DNA from: an uncultured Candidatus Saccharibacteria bacterium
GTDB lineage: Bacteria; Patescibacteriota; Minisyncoccia; Portnoybacterales; UBA2143
Reading direction: 5' to 3'
DNA: 62,382 nt
NCBI GenBank assembly: GCA_964517275.1
Contig: CAZFBL010000002.1
Location: 1 to 62,382, forward strand
This document shows positions 37,609 through 46,787 of the stretch, piece after piece. A program made the position numbers and the translations under genes. The notes under the pieces were generated by a model that was not told the origin of the DNA, searched no databases, and saw only the letters and a program-made list of their open reading frames with translations. Every line of letters begins with the position of its first letter. The stretch's first letter is position 1.

Positions 37609-37681
37609 CGTGCCTGGCAGGATTTGAACCTGCGACCCTCAGCTCCGGAAGCTGATGCTCTGTCCGCTGAGCTACAGACAC
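37609..37681 (-). tRNA. tRNA-Arg(CCG), CCA not encoded
   Basis: GTGTCTG/CAGGCAC acceptor, TCAGC-TT-CCG-GA-GCTGA anticodon arm, GTTCAA T-loop. Confidence 0.94.
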
Positions 37682-37692
37682 AATTTACCTTC

Positions 37693-37720
37693 ATTATACC
37701 CTTCTCTAATCAACGGTCAA
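37693..37720 (-). promoter_or_regulatory. Promoter of the tRNA-Arg(CCG)-ASCH-EndoQ-AmmeMemo unit
   Basis: TTGACC-N16-TATAAT. Confidence 0.65.
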
Positions 37721-37734
37721 ATCGCGGAAAAACC

Positions 37735-39072
37735 CTAAACCGGGCTCCGGTTGACAGAACCGGACTTTGTCAAACGGATTTCATTTTCTCCGGCAACCAA
37801 ACCTAAAACCAGCCAAAAAATTAACTGTCCCTGTTGAAGAGTCCAGAAGAAATGGTCAAAGAGTCCGATAAGAAGAAATGATAAAACGATAAACCAACCA
37901 AAATACTCCCGGCTTTTAACTTCTTTCAATAATCGGAAAATAAAAATCAGAAAAACAACCAAGCCGATTAAACCCAGTTCGCTGGCTATCAATAGATAGA
38001 GATTATGGGCCGGTTGGTGAAGCCAGCCGGCTAACAGATGAAGCGTCTCTCTTATCTGCCAGACAAAATTACCTAAGCCGATTCCCAGCCAAGGCTGGTC
38101 TCCGATAATGGAAAGGGCAGTTTGATTATAGAAGGCTCGCAAACCGATTGCCTGTTCGTTTAAGGAAATGGAAAAACGAGTCGATATTTCCGGCCAGAGT
38201 AAAATAGTGAATAAAGAGCAAAAAACTATAAAGATTGTTAGCAAGCCGAGGACTCTTCTACGAAGAGAAGGTTTTTTAAGATAAGTCCAGCTGAAAAATA
38301 AGAGGCTGGTTAAGATAAAAATGATTATTGTCAGTCGTGAGAAGGTCAGCCAGAAAGCAATTAATAAAAAACCAAAGACGGTCAGCCCCAAGCAATCTTT
38401 AATAAAAAGTTTCTTCTTTTTCAGCCAGAGAAAATAGAAAAAGAAAATAGCTAAAAAGAGAAAGACAGCCAAAAGATTAGGATGGGGCAAACTCCCGTAA
38501 GCCCGAATCAGGGTTATTTTGCCAACAACAATCTCGGCCACTCCGGCTATTTCCGGACTTAAGGGACTCTCTCTAAAAAACCAAAGACCTAAACTTTTTT
38601 GATTCAAATATTGAGCCAAGCCGATGACGGCCTGGAGAAAACCGCTGACCAGAAAAACTTGGGCCAGCCGCTTGAAATCAAAGAGCCGGCTGAAGTTATA
38701 CCTAAGATAAAAAAACAAGCCGGCCATCTCTAAAATCTTAAACCAGGCATAAAAAGCCAATTGGATATTCTCGGCCCGGGCCAGAGAAATAAAGCCGATG
38801 ACCAGAAAGATAACCAGCCAAAAGCCGGCTTTTTCTATCTTTTGAGCCAACCGGCTAAGCTGAAAAGTCAATCCCCCTTTTAAGAATCTTTCTCTCCTTC
38901 GCCGCCAGGCCCAAAGAATTACAAGAAGAATAAATAAGAGGTCGGTTAAATAAAGATAAGCGCTAGTCCATTCATTAAAGCTATTGCCCCATTGATAAAT
39001 TATTGTCCGTGTCTGAAAAGGCAGACAGAAGATAAGCAGATAAAAAATAATTTTCTCAAGATGAATCAACAT
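37735..39072 (-). CDS. O-antigen ligase (Wzy_C) family membrane protein
   Basis: RAYGSLPHPNLLA, LTFSR, PWLGIGLGNF, QPAHNLYLLIASELGLIG; many TM helices. Confidence 0.88.
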   Translation of the reverse strand: MLIHLEKIIFYLLIFCLPFQTRTIIYQWGNSFNEWTSAYLYLTDLLFILLVILWAWRRRRERFLKGGLTFQLSRLAQKIEKAGFWLVIFLVIGFISLARAENIQLAFYAWFKILEMAGLFFYLRYNFSRLFDFKRLAQVFLVSGFLQAVIGLAQYLNQKSLGLWFFRESPLSPEIAGVAEIVVGKITLIRAYGSLPHPNLLAVFLFLAIFFFYFLWLKKKKLFIKDCLGLTVFGFLLIAFWLTFSRLTIIIFILTSLLFFSWTYLKKPSLRRRVLGLLTIFIVFCSLFTILLWPEISTRFSISLNEQAIGLRAFYNQTALSIIGDQPWLGIGLGNFVWQIRETLHLLAGWLHQPAHNLYLLIASELGLIGLVVFLIFIFRLLKEVKSREYFGWFIVLSFLLIGLFDHFFWTLQQGQLIFWLVLGLVAGENEIRLTKSGSVNRSPV

Positions 39073-39079
39073 TTAACCA

Positions 39080-39222
39080 TAAAGATTGGCCATACGTCTT
39101 TTAGCGAACGCGAAAATCCCCGGCGAGGATTTTCGCTCTTTATAATTGCTCGCTCCTCGCCTCTGGCGAGACCATGCCCGCTCGCAATTCTATGTCGCTA
39201 AAAGACGTATGGCCAATCTTTA
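39080..39222. mobile_element. MITE-like element with perfect 28-bp terminal inverted repeats
   Basis: TAAAGATTGGCCATACGTCTTTTAGCGA (39080-39107) is the reverse complement of 39195-39222; overlaps the murE stop codon. Confidence 0.75.
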
Positions 39223-40491
39223 ACCTCGCAATTTAGAAAACTCTTCTCTAACTACCTGGCGGTCATCCCAGGGTATTTTTTTACCGTCTTCAACGCAGAG
39301 CCACGGTTCACACCCTTTGCCGGTAATAACAACGACATCACCAGCTTGAGCTATTTTTAGAGCTCGTCCGATGGCCTGACGCCGATTCAAAATCTTCTCG
39401 GCCGGTTTCTGCTTTAAGCCAGCCGACAACTGGTCAATAATTGCCTGTGGGTCCTCGTCATAAGGATCCTCGTTGGTAATAATGACTTTATCTAAATACT
39501 TTTCAGCAAGCTGGCCTAATTGAGGCCGTTTCCATTTATCGCGACCGCCACCAGCCGCTCCCAAAACGCCAATCAGCCGGCCCTTGGAAATCCGACCAGC
39601 TGTTTGATAAACTTTGGCCAAAGCGTCCGGGGTATGGGCGTAATCAACAATAACCGTAAAGGGTTCTTTAATAACAATTTCCAAGCGGCCCGGCAAACCT
39701 TTAATCTTCTCCAAAGCTAATTTAATTTTAGCCAGAGGGATTCCTTCAACCAATCCAAAGGTGATAGCCGCTAAAGCATTGGCAATATTAAACTCGCCCA
39801 ATAAACTCAAATCAAAATTAATCCCTTTGACCAAAAAACTAACTCCCTTCTGATTTAGCTGACAATTCTCGGGCTGAACGATATTCTCAGCCTGAGCCCG
39901 TATCTGCAGACCGTATCCCCATTTCCGGCCAGCCGGAAATTGAAGAAAATAGCCGGCTGACTGGTCATCTAAATTAACAATCATTTCCCCCTGAGAACCG
40001 ACTTTTTGGAAAAGTCTGCCTTTGGCTTTTCGGTAATTGTCAAAGCCGCCATGGCTTTCCAAATGCTCAGCCGTCAGATTGGTCAAAAGAGCTGTCTGAA
40101 AATTAATAAACTGATGACGATTTTGTTTAATTCCTTCGGAAGTTACCTCTAAAATGGCATACCGGCAACCGGCTTGAACGGCCCGGCGCAGAAACTTTTG
40201 GATTTTTAAGCGGCCGGGCATAGTCATTTTCAAATTATTGATCCAAACTTCATCCTTTATTTTAAACTGAATAGAAGAAAGAGCGGCGACCTGATAACCG
40301 GCTTCTTCTAAAATTCGGCTAATTAAAAAAACGACTGTTGATTTGCCGTTAGTCCCGGTCACCCCGATTACCTTCAGCCGTTTGGAAGGAAAGCGATAAA
40401 TAATCGCTCCCAATAAAGCCCAACCAAAATGATACCAGTTTAATAAAAAATCAGGCGCCAATTTTTTTATAAAAGCTTTCATTTTTTTCAT
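39220..40491 (-). CDS. murE: UDP-MurNAc-tripeptide synthetase MurE
   Basis: VTGTNGKST, LEVTSEG, TNLTAEHLESH, PGRLE, VDYAHTPDA, GGGRDKWKRP, TNEDP, TGKGCE. Confidence 0.92.
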   Translation of the reverse strand: MKKMKAFIKKLAPDFLLNWYHFGWALLGAIIYRFPSKRLKVIGVTGTNGKSTVVFLISRILEEAGYQVAALSSIQFKIKDEVWINNLKMTMPGRLKIQKFLRRAVQAGCRYAILEVTSEGIKQNRHQFINFQTALLTNLTAEHLESHGGFDNYRKAKGRLFQKVGSQGEMIVNLDDQSAGYFLQFPAGRKWGYGLQIRAQAENIVQPENCQLNQKGVSFLVKGINFDLSLLGEFNIANALAAITFGLVEGIPLAKIKLALEKIKGLPGRLEIVIKEPFTVIVDYAHTPDALAKVYQTAGRISKGRLIGVLGAAGGGRDKWKRPQLGQLAEKYLDKVIITNEDPYDEDPQAIIDQLSAGLKQKPAEKILNRRQAIGRALKIAQAGDVVVITGKGCEPWLCVEDGKKIPWDDRQVVREEFSKLRG

Positions 40492-40502
40492 TATTAGAAA
40501 AA

Positions 40503-40599
40503 GGTCTTAGAAAAAGGTCTGGCCTTGTCCAACTCAGCCCGTAATTATTGATTATTTTTGAAAATTTTAGCCGGAAAGGCCAGACCTTTTTCTAAGACC
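40503..40599. mobile_element. MITE-like element with perfect 24-bp terminal inverted repeats (AGGTCTGGCCTT family)
   Basis: GGTCTTAGAAAAAGGTCTGGCCTT and its reverse complement at 40576-40599; related to 60386-60473. Confidence 0.75.
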
Positions 40600-40725
40600 A
40601 AACTTTTTTCCTAAACTTTTACTTTTTTAATCCTGAGTTTATCTAAGGAAAGGACACATCTCTAAAATAACAGCTTCTAAGGGAAAATAAAAGAGCCGGC
40701 CAATGGCCAGCTCGCTGAGTTTCTT

Positions 40726-41001
40726 TTAAGACGCCTTAGTGAGAGCCTCCGAAAGAGCCTTTTCAATCTCAAATGCCTTTTGATTAGCTCTATCCCACCA
40801 TTTACCCGGGTTAATACCCGGTCCAAAGACCGGCGAAATTCTGAACCCTTTTCCAGCAATCTTCTCGACCAAAAAAGAAGGCTGGTCATCGTTCCGAAGG
40901 ATCAAAGCCCCGCCAGCTTCAGTTGTCTCCAGCCGACCAAAATTTGCCAAAACCTTAGCCGCCGCTGTCAACGGTTTGTCCGTCTCCGCTATCTTTCCCA
41001 T
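40726..41001 (-). CDS. Hypothetical protein (91 aa)
   Basis: Strong SD GGAGGGGG upstream; hairpin GAGCCGGCC/GGCCAGCTC downstream. Confidence 0.65.
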   Translation of the reverse strand: MGKIAETDKPLTAAAKVLANFGRLETTEAGGALILRNDDQPSFLVEKIAGKGFRISPVFGPGINPGKWWDRANQKAFEIEKALSEALTKAS

Positions 41002-41095
41002 AACTTCGTCCCCTCCATATCTTAAATCTAAATTATTTTAAACAACTTCTTGATGATTAAACCCATATATCATAAAAAGGAACTTATGTCAAAGG

Positions 41096-42043
41096 TTAAA
41101 GAACCTTTTTAGCTAAACGATAAAGCTGATACCAAAGCGGCTGAAAAACTAAATCAAAAGAACCCGGGTAATTGATTTCTTGTCCATTAAATCCTTTTTT
41201 AAAACGAGTTACCCCCGGCCATTTATTTTCATCAATGCCCCAAAAATCATAATACTGGCAACCGAGTTTTTTGGCTTCCAAAATAGCCTGCCATTGGCAA
41301 AGATGAGGAGCCATTAAATGATGAAAATTGTAATCTGAAGCGCCATGTAAATAACAGGCGGTCTGGCCGAAGAAACAAATTAGATTGGTCGCAATAATCT
41401 GGTTTTGATATTTAGCTAAAAATAACTTAATCATCCCTTCTTGGCCTAAAAATTCTAGCATTTTACGATAATAGGCCGGGGGGTGAAGATGGAATTTATC
41501 CCGTTTGGCTGTATCAGCTGACAATTTTAAAAATCGGTTTACTTCTTTAGGGTTATCCCCGGCAGAAATTTCAATTTTAACTCCTTTCCGTTGGGCCAGT
41601 TTAATATTATACCTGGTTTTCTGGTGCATCTGGGCTAATAATTCCCCCTCTGGTCTAGAAATATCTAAAATTAAGCTCTTCACTGGCTGAATCCGGTTCT
41701 TTGACTCCTTTAAGGGCATCCCCTTCAGGGACGCTCTTGCGGGGAATTCCTTGTCCAGTTCTATTTTAAAGAAAATACTCTTTTCTGAGCGACCAATTTC
41801 TTTAACCTGATTCAAAAATCCTCGAAAATTATCTTCAGTCACTTGGCCGGCCGGCCCGCGCGAACAATATAAATAATTTCTGCCTAAAGGCAGATTGCGT
41901 CTAATAACCAATCCCTTTAGACCAGTTTCTTCCAACGACCAAACCCGATGACTAAGCGCTTTCTGAAACTGGCCCCAGGCCGACGATTGTAAAAAAGAGC
42001 CTTTATTCTTAATAACAAATTGGTCCCACCGATTATTAACCAT
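41096..42043 (-). CDS. FemABX-family peptidoglycan bridge aminoacyltransferase
   Basis: SFLQSSAWG, YCSRGP, KTRYNIKLAQRKGV, YLHGAS, YYDFWGI, GVTRFKKGF. Confidence 0.9.
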   Translation of the reverse strand: MVNNRWDQFVIKNKGSFLQSSAWGQFQKALSHRVWSLEETGLKGLVIRRNLPLGRNYLYCSRGPAGQVTEDNFRGFLNQVKEIGRSEKSIFFKIELDKEFPARASLKGMPLKESKNRIQPVKSLILDISRPEGELLAQMHQKTRYNIKLAQRKGVKIEISAGDNPKEVNRFLKLSADTAKRDKFHLHPPAYYRKMLEFLGQEGMIKLFLAKYQNQIIATNLICFFGQTACYLHGASDYNFHHLMAPHLCQWQAILEAKKLGCQYYDFWGIDENKWPGVTRFKKGFNGQEINYPGSFDLVFQPLWYQLYRLAKKVL

Positions 42044-42044
42044 T

Positions 42045-42614
42045 TTACTTCCCTAAGTTTTTCAGGGCTTCTTTAAGCCGATTAGCCGTTCCTTTTACTT
42101 TAGGCGAAACTTGTTTAAGCGCCTCTCGGGCTTGCCTCTGCTGATAGCCGAGGCCAACCAATGCTTCAACCGTCTCGTCATCGGCCACCAATTTGGAGAC
42201 TTCCCGGCCGGGAACTAAAATTTTACTGCCTAATTCCAGAATGACCCGCTCGGCTGTTTTTTTGCCGATACCGGAAACTTTGGTTAAAAGACTAACCTGG
42301 CCGCTGGCAATCGAAGCTTTCAAATCCTTTAAAGAGGCGATTGACAAAACAGACAGGGCTGCTTTTGGACCGATTCCGCTGACCGAAATTAGCATTTCAA
42401 AAAATTCCAATTCGGCAAAAGTCAAAAAACCGTATAAATCCAGAATATTTTCGCGTGAGTAAAGATGAGTAAATAACTTGACTTTATCATGACCAGAGAA
42501 TAATTTTTCTAAAGTATTGGCCCCGCAAAAAATCTTGTAGCCAAGACCATTCTCTTTTAGAATAACAAAACGTTCCGTTTTTAATTCAATTTTCCCTTCA
42601 ACTAAAGCAATCAT
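42045..42614 (-). CDS. ruvA: Holliday junction DNA-binding subunit RuvA
   Basis: LYGF, LISVSGIGPKAAL, VSGIGKKTAERVILEL, ALVGLGY. Confidence 0.96.
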   Translation of the reverse strand: MIALVEGKIELKTERFVILKENGLGYKIFCGANTLEKLFSGHDKVKLFTHLYSRENILDLYGFLTFAELEFFEMLISVSGIGPKAALSVLSIASLKDLKASIASGQVSLLTKVSGIGKKTAERVILELGSKILVPGREVSKLVADDETVEALVGLGYQQRQAREALKQVSPKVKGTANRLKEALKNLGK

Positions 42615-42709
42615 ATTTAAAATCCTATCATAGACTTACCCAATACTACAATAGCATCGCGGTATTGGACTTGCCTAAATTAAAAGATTGAGTTAAGCTT
42701 TAAAGACTT

Positions 42710-42973
42710 ATGGCTATCACTAAATCAGCTCAAAAAGCTCTTCGTCAAAGCCGTCGTCGACGGACTTTTAATCTGGTTCGATTAACCAAACTAAGAAGGT
42801 TAGTTAAACAGATTAGGAATTTAATCAAAGAAGGGAAAAAATCAGAAGCGCTTAAAATTATTCCCCAGACCTATCAGGCTATCGACAAAGCGGCTAAACG
42901 AGGAGTTATAAAAAAAAATACGGCCAGCCGCAAAAAATCGCGTCTAGCCAAGGCAATTGATAAAATTAAATAG
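42710..42973 (+). CDS. rpsT: 30S ribosomal protein S20
   Basis: MAITKSAQKALRQS, IDKAAKRGVIKKNTASRKKSRL. Confidence 0.96.
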   Translation: MAITKSAQKALRQSRRRRTFNLVRLTKLRRLVKQIRNLIKEGKKSEALKIIPQTYQAIDKAAKRGVIKKNTASRKKSRLAKAIDKIK

Positions 42974-43018
42974 TGTGGATAATGGGTGCTTGACAGTCGA
43001 AATAGCTCGTGATAATCT
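42974..43018 (+). promoter_or_regulatory. Perfect DnaA box plus sigma70 promoter of the LysM-CHAP gene
   Basis: TGTGGATAA at 42974-42982; TTGACA-N17-TAATCT at 42990-43018. Confidence 0.65.
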
Positions 43019-43030
43019 CTTATTGTACCT

Positions 43031-44140
43031 ATGGGTACAATCAAACAATTTCTAAAAAAGCTTTTTAATCGCCTAAAATCTGAAACTGGCCGAAGCAATA
43101 AAAGACTGCTCCTAGCGGCAGTTATTTTATTTGGTCTGATTTTCTCTTTAGCCAACCCGGTTAAAGGAATGGGACAATTCCTGCTGCTCAATCTTAAACA
43201 AGACAAATCGGTTATTGTCGAGGAAGTTAAGAAAGAGACTGAAGACAGACCAACCAGCCTCTCGACTAATCAGACATATCTTACTGCCAATTCACTAGCC
43301 AGCTTAGCCAGTCAAACGGACGATTTTTCGGCTAGCCCGGAAAATATTTTTCAGGAGACCGGTTTAATTCTTCTTCAGGAGCAAGCTTTACTCGCTCAAA
43401 ATTGTCCGACCACCTTTATTAGCCAGGACCCGCGGAGCGGAGTTATTAATTACGTTGTTCAAGAAGGAGACACCGCTTCCAGCATCGCCGCTTCTTTTGG
43501 CATCACGACCAACACCCTCCTCTGGGCTAACGATCTTTCCTCCAGAAGCATTATCCGGCCGGGCGACGAGTTAACCATTTTGCCAGTCAGCGGCGTCCTT
43601 CACCGAGTTAAAAACAGCGAGACGATCGGCGGTATTGCTAAAAAATATCAAGCTGACGAAGAAGAAATTATTGTCTTTAATGACTTACCGGCCGATGGAG
43701 CAATTCAAATTGGCCAGAAAATAGTTGTTCCTGATGGCCAAATGCCGGTTTCTAAACCAAGTTATCAGTACACCGCTCAAAGCAGCTACAGCGGAGCCGG
43801 CAGCGGTCAAAGCCATTCCTTCCCCTACGGCCAGTGTACTTGGTATGTCGCCCAGAAAAGAGTGGTCAGTTGGTCTGGACATGCTAAAAACTGGCTGGCC
43901 AACGCTCAAGCGACCGGTTATTCGGTCTGCTGGGGAGCAAGCTGCCAACCTCAAGCCGGAGCAATTGTTAGTTTAAAAGACGGCGGCTGGCTGGCCCGAC
44001 TTTACGGCCACGTCGCCTACGTTGTTAAAGTAGAAGGGAATCGCTTCCTGGTCTCAGAGATGAACCGAATCGGCTGGGGACAGGTCAGCGTCCGTTGGAT
44101 TTCAACCGGTAGTTCCAATATCAGAGGATTCATTTATTAA
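43031..44140 (+). CDS. Secreted LysM(x2)-CHAP peptidoglycan hydrolase
   Basis: N-terminal TM; YVVQEGDT..SIA and HRVKNSETIGGIA LysM repeats; CHAP motifs YGQCTWYV, GHVAYV, VSEMN. Confidence 0.9.
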   Translation: MGTIKQFLKKLFNRLKSETGRSNKRLLLAAVILFGLIFSLANPVKGMGQFLLLNLKQDKSVIVEEVKKETEDRPTSLSTNQTYLTANSLASLASQTDDFSASPENIFQETGLILLQEQALLAQNCPTTFISQDPRSGVINYVVQEGDTASSIAASFGITTNTLLWANDLSSRSIIRPGDELTILPVSGVLHRVKNSETIGGIAKKYQADEEEIIVFNDLPADGAIQIGQKIVVPDGQMPVSKPSYQYTAQSSYSGAGSGQSHSFPYGQCTWYVAQKRVVSWSGHAKNWLANAQATGYSVCWGASCQPQAGAIVSLKDGGWLARLYGHVAYVVKVEGNRFLVSEMNRIGWGQVSVRWISTGSSNIRGFIY

Positions 44141-44174
44141 TAAAGCTGATTCACAGCGAGGCAAAGCCAATAAC

Positions 44175-44197
44175 AAAAACTGCCACTGGCAGTTTTT
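44175..44197. terminator. Bidirectional terminator
   Basis: AAAAACTGCC-ACT-GGCAGTTTTT between convergent genes. Confidence 0.7.
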
Positions 44198-44202
44198 TAG
44201 TC

Positions 44203-45738
44203 CTAGAAATCATCTTGCTTAGGCCGATATTGAATCGCCTCGGCAATATGACTAGCCTGAATATTCTCGACTTTTTCCAAATCGGCAATAGTCCGAGCTA
44301 ATTTTAATAATCGATGATAGGAACGAGCCGATAAATGAAGCTGGCTCATTGCTTGTCTCAATAAGCTCCGACCGGCTAAATCAATCCGGCAATACTTTCT
44401 TAGTCGTCTTATATCCAAATCACTATTAGTCATTATCCCCTTTTCCCCGCTAAATCTCTTCTTTTGTCTGTACCTGGCTTTAATAACTCTTTCTTTAATT
44501 AGTTTGGAAGACTGGCTTATCTGGTGGCTGGCTAATTTTTCATAAGTTAATCGCGGAACTTCAATATGCAAATCAATCCTGTCCAAAAGCGGCCCGGAAA
44601 TCCTGCCCCGATATCTGGAAATTTGAGCCGGCGAACAGGTGCAAATTTGTCCGGGATCACCCAACTTTCCGCAAGGACAAGGATTCATTGCTCCGATTAA
44701 AATAAATTTTGCCGGGAAAGTTAAACTGCCGCTGGCTCGAGAAACTGTAATCAGATTGTCCTCCAAAGGCTGGCGCAGACTATCTAGAACCTGACGAGGA
44801 AACTCGGGAAACTCATCTAAAAAAAGAACTCCCCGGTGAGCTAAAGTGACTTCTCCCGGCCGCGGATAAGAGCCGCCGCCAATCAAAGAAATAGCCGAAG
44901 CCGTATGATGAGGAGCCCGAAAGGGCCGGTTGGTTAATAAAGGCCGGTCGTTGGGCAGACAGCCGGCCACGCTGAAAATATTAGTCACCTCCAAGGTTTC
45001 ATTAAAAGTCAGCGGAGGTAAGATGGAAGGAAAACTGCGAGCCAGAAGTGTTTTGCCGGCTCCGGGCGGCCCATGCATTAGAAGGTTATGGCCGCCGGCC
45101 GCCGCTATCTCAAGCGCTCGTTTGGCTTGCTCCTGTCCTTTGATATAGGCCAGGTCAACCAATTCGTCGGCCGGAGCGGAATGTTCAATCCGAGAATAAA
45201 GACGCCGGGCAATCAACTCTTCTCCCTTTAAATGAGCGATTAATTGACTCAGTGATTCAACCGGAATAATCTCCAATTCCTTAACCAGGGCGGCTTCGGC
45301 TGCGTTGTCCTGCGGAACAAATAAAGTCTGGAATCTTTCCTGCTTGGCCATTAGGGCGATAGCCAAGAGGCCGTTAATCGGCCGAACCTTGCCCTCCAAA
45401 GACAGCTCACCAAGAAAAAGTTTGTCTTCCAAGTTTTCAAAATTAACTTGATTACTAGCCAAAAGAAAAGCAATCGCCATCGGCAAATCGTAAGCCGGGC
45501 CCTCTTTTTTTAAATGAGCCGGGGCCAAATTAACAATCAGCCGACGGCGGCTGTGTTCGGGCGGTTTAAAACCGCTATTTTTAACGGCTGAAGAAATCCG
45601 CTCCTTAGATTCGTTGACCGCTTTATCCGGCAAACCGACAATATGAAAGGAATACAAGCCGGTCGGCAAATCAACTTCTACTTCAATCGGCTGGGCCCTC
45701 AGACCAATCAGGCCAGCTGAATAAACTTTAGCCAGCAT
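44203..45738 (-). CDS. comM: ComM/YifB Mg-chelatase-like AAA+ helicase
   Basis: VGLPDKAVNES, VNLAPA, GPPGAGKT, PFRAPHH, LFLDEFPEF, AMNPCPCG, LDRIDL; start at MLAKVYS. Confidence 0.93.
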   Translation of the reverse strand: MLAKVYSAGLIGLRAQPIEVEVDLPTGLYSFHIVGLPDKAVNESKERISSAVKNSGFKPPEHSRRRLIVNLAPAHLKKEGPAYDLPMAIAFLLASNQVNFENLEDKLFLGELSLEGKVRPINGLLAIALMAKQERFQTLFVPQDNAAEAALVKELEIIPVESLSQLIAHLKGEELIARRLYSRIEHSAPADELVDLAYIKGQEQAKRALEIAAAGGHNLLMHGPPGAGKTLLARSFPSILPPLTFNETLEVTNIFSVAGCLPNDRPLLTNRPFRAPHHTASAISLIGGGSYPRPGEVTLAHRGVLFLDEFPEFPRQVLDSLRQPLEDNLITVSRASGSLTFPAKFILIGAMNPCPCGKLGDPGQICTCSPAQISRYRGRISGPLLDRIDLHIEVPRLTYEKLASHQISQSSKLIKERVIKARYRQKKRFSGEKGIMTNSDLDIRRLRKYCRIDLAGRSLLRQAMSQLHLSARSYHRLLKLARTIADLEKVENIQASHIAEAIQYRPKQDDF

Positions 45739-45823
45739 TAAAAAAACCCTCCAAATTTTATTAACCAAGTCTGTCTCAAGAACCTTTCAACAAACTCAGG
45801 GAATAAACTCTAGACAAACTAAA

Positions 45824-45849
45824 AAACCTGCTATGATTCTAGCAGGTTT
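45824..45849 (-). terminator. Terminator after the dksA-like gene
   Basis: AAACCTGCTA/TAGCAGGTTT stem. Confidence 0.65.
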
Positions 45850-45876
45850 CTCTTTTCTCGGCAATCAAACCCAATC

Positions 45877-46251
45877 TCAAAATTCTTTTTTTCGGCCACA
45901 CTTCAGACAGAGTCTGGCTTCCGGAACCAGTCTTAGTCGCTCTGATTCAATTTCTTTCTTGCATTTCTCGCAGTAACCGTAATTTCCTCGTTTGAGCTTA
46001 GTCAGAGCCTCATCAATATCTCTGAGCCGCAATTCTAAGGCATGTTCAATAGACAAGAGTTTTTCGTACTCCTCTACCTCTTCAGCGCTCTCGTCTTTGG
46101 AAGCGCTGCCCAAATCAAAGAAAGGGAAACGAGTCCGCCAGTTCCCTTTTATTTTAGGGTCTTTTTTGGCAAAAGATTTTAACTCTCTAGTTAATTTCTT
46201 TTTCTCTTCTTCCAGCTGTTTCTTCTGTTGTTTGATGAAATCTTTGTTCAT
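45877..46251 (-). CDS. DksA/TraR-family C4 zinc-finger protein
   Basis: Coiled coil, IDEAL, GNYGYCEKC...IESERL...PEARLCLKC. Confidence 0.88.
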   Translation of the reverse strand: MNKDFIKQQKKQLEEEKKKLTRELKSFAKKDPKIKGNWRTRFPFFDLGSASKDESAEEVEEYEKLLSIEHALELRLRDIDEALTKLKRGNYGYCEKCKKEIESERLRLVPEARLCLKCGRKKEF

Positions 46252-46326
46252 ATTGCTGTTTCTATTCTAGCACAAAAGACGCTTGTCAACAATAACTTAG
46301 GGGGAAACAAAAAAAGCCAATTCTTA

Positions 46327-46355
46327 TTGACTAATTACTAAAACTGTGATATATT
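46327..46355 (+). promoter_or_regulatory. Orphan sigma70 promoter (no plus-strand gene downstream)
   Basis: TTGACT-N17-TATATT with extended -10 TG. Confidence 0.5.
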
Positions 46356-46767
46356 AGAGGGGCCTTGATTTACCCATTAGTAAGTTACTTCAAAGGGTCA
46401 AGACCCCCCTTGTCTTTAAAGAATCCCAGACCTATCCATCAAAATGATAGAAAGAAGTCATTTTTATTATATTATCGGATTCCGGAAAGACACTTTCGTC
46501 CCCGGCTCGCTATTGGAAACATTTTCCAAATTCTCTTCTCTCAGCGACAGATTTTCCTCCTTTTTTAATCCTCAAGTAAAGAATTCAGAAAACCAAAAAT
46601 GAAAGAACTAATAACCTGATAGTGAGCGGAAGACTCTAGTCTTATTTTAGAAAATATGAACCAACCTTGTCAACCCTGTTTTCTTCCATTTATTCCTGTT
46701 GACCGAAAATCAAAAAATGGCTATGTTAAGCCATTGAAGTAAAGAGAGAACTTGAACCTAATTCTCT

Positions 46768-46787
46768 TTATCCACAATTTATTCACA
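46768..46787. promoter_or_regulatory. Tandem DnaA boxes
   Basis: TTATCCACA (perfect) and TTATTCACA (1 mismatch), 2 nt apart, intergenic. Confidence 0.6.

Noticed and set aside
37595-37681. N-terminal extension of the ASCH ORF
   Set aside because: It is the tRNA-Arg(CCG) sequence read as codons.
46365-46568. 67-aa plus-strand ORF after the orphan promoter
   Set aside because: TTG start, no SD, no recognisable motif; kept only as part of the intergenic finding.
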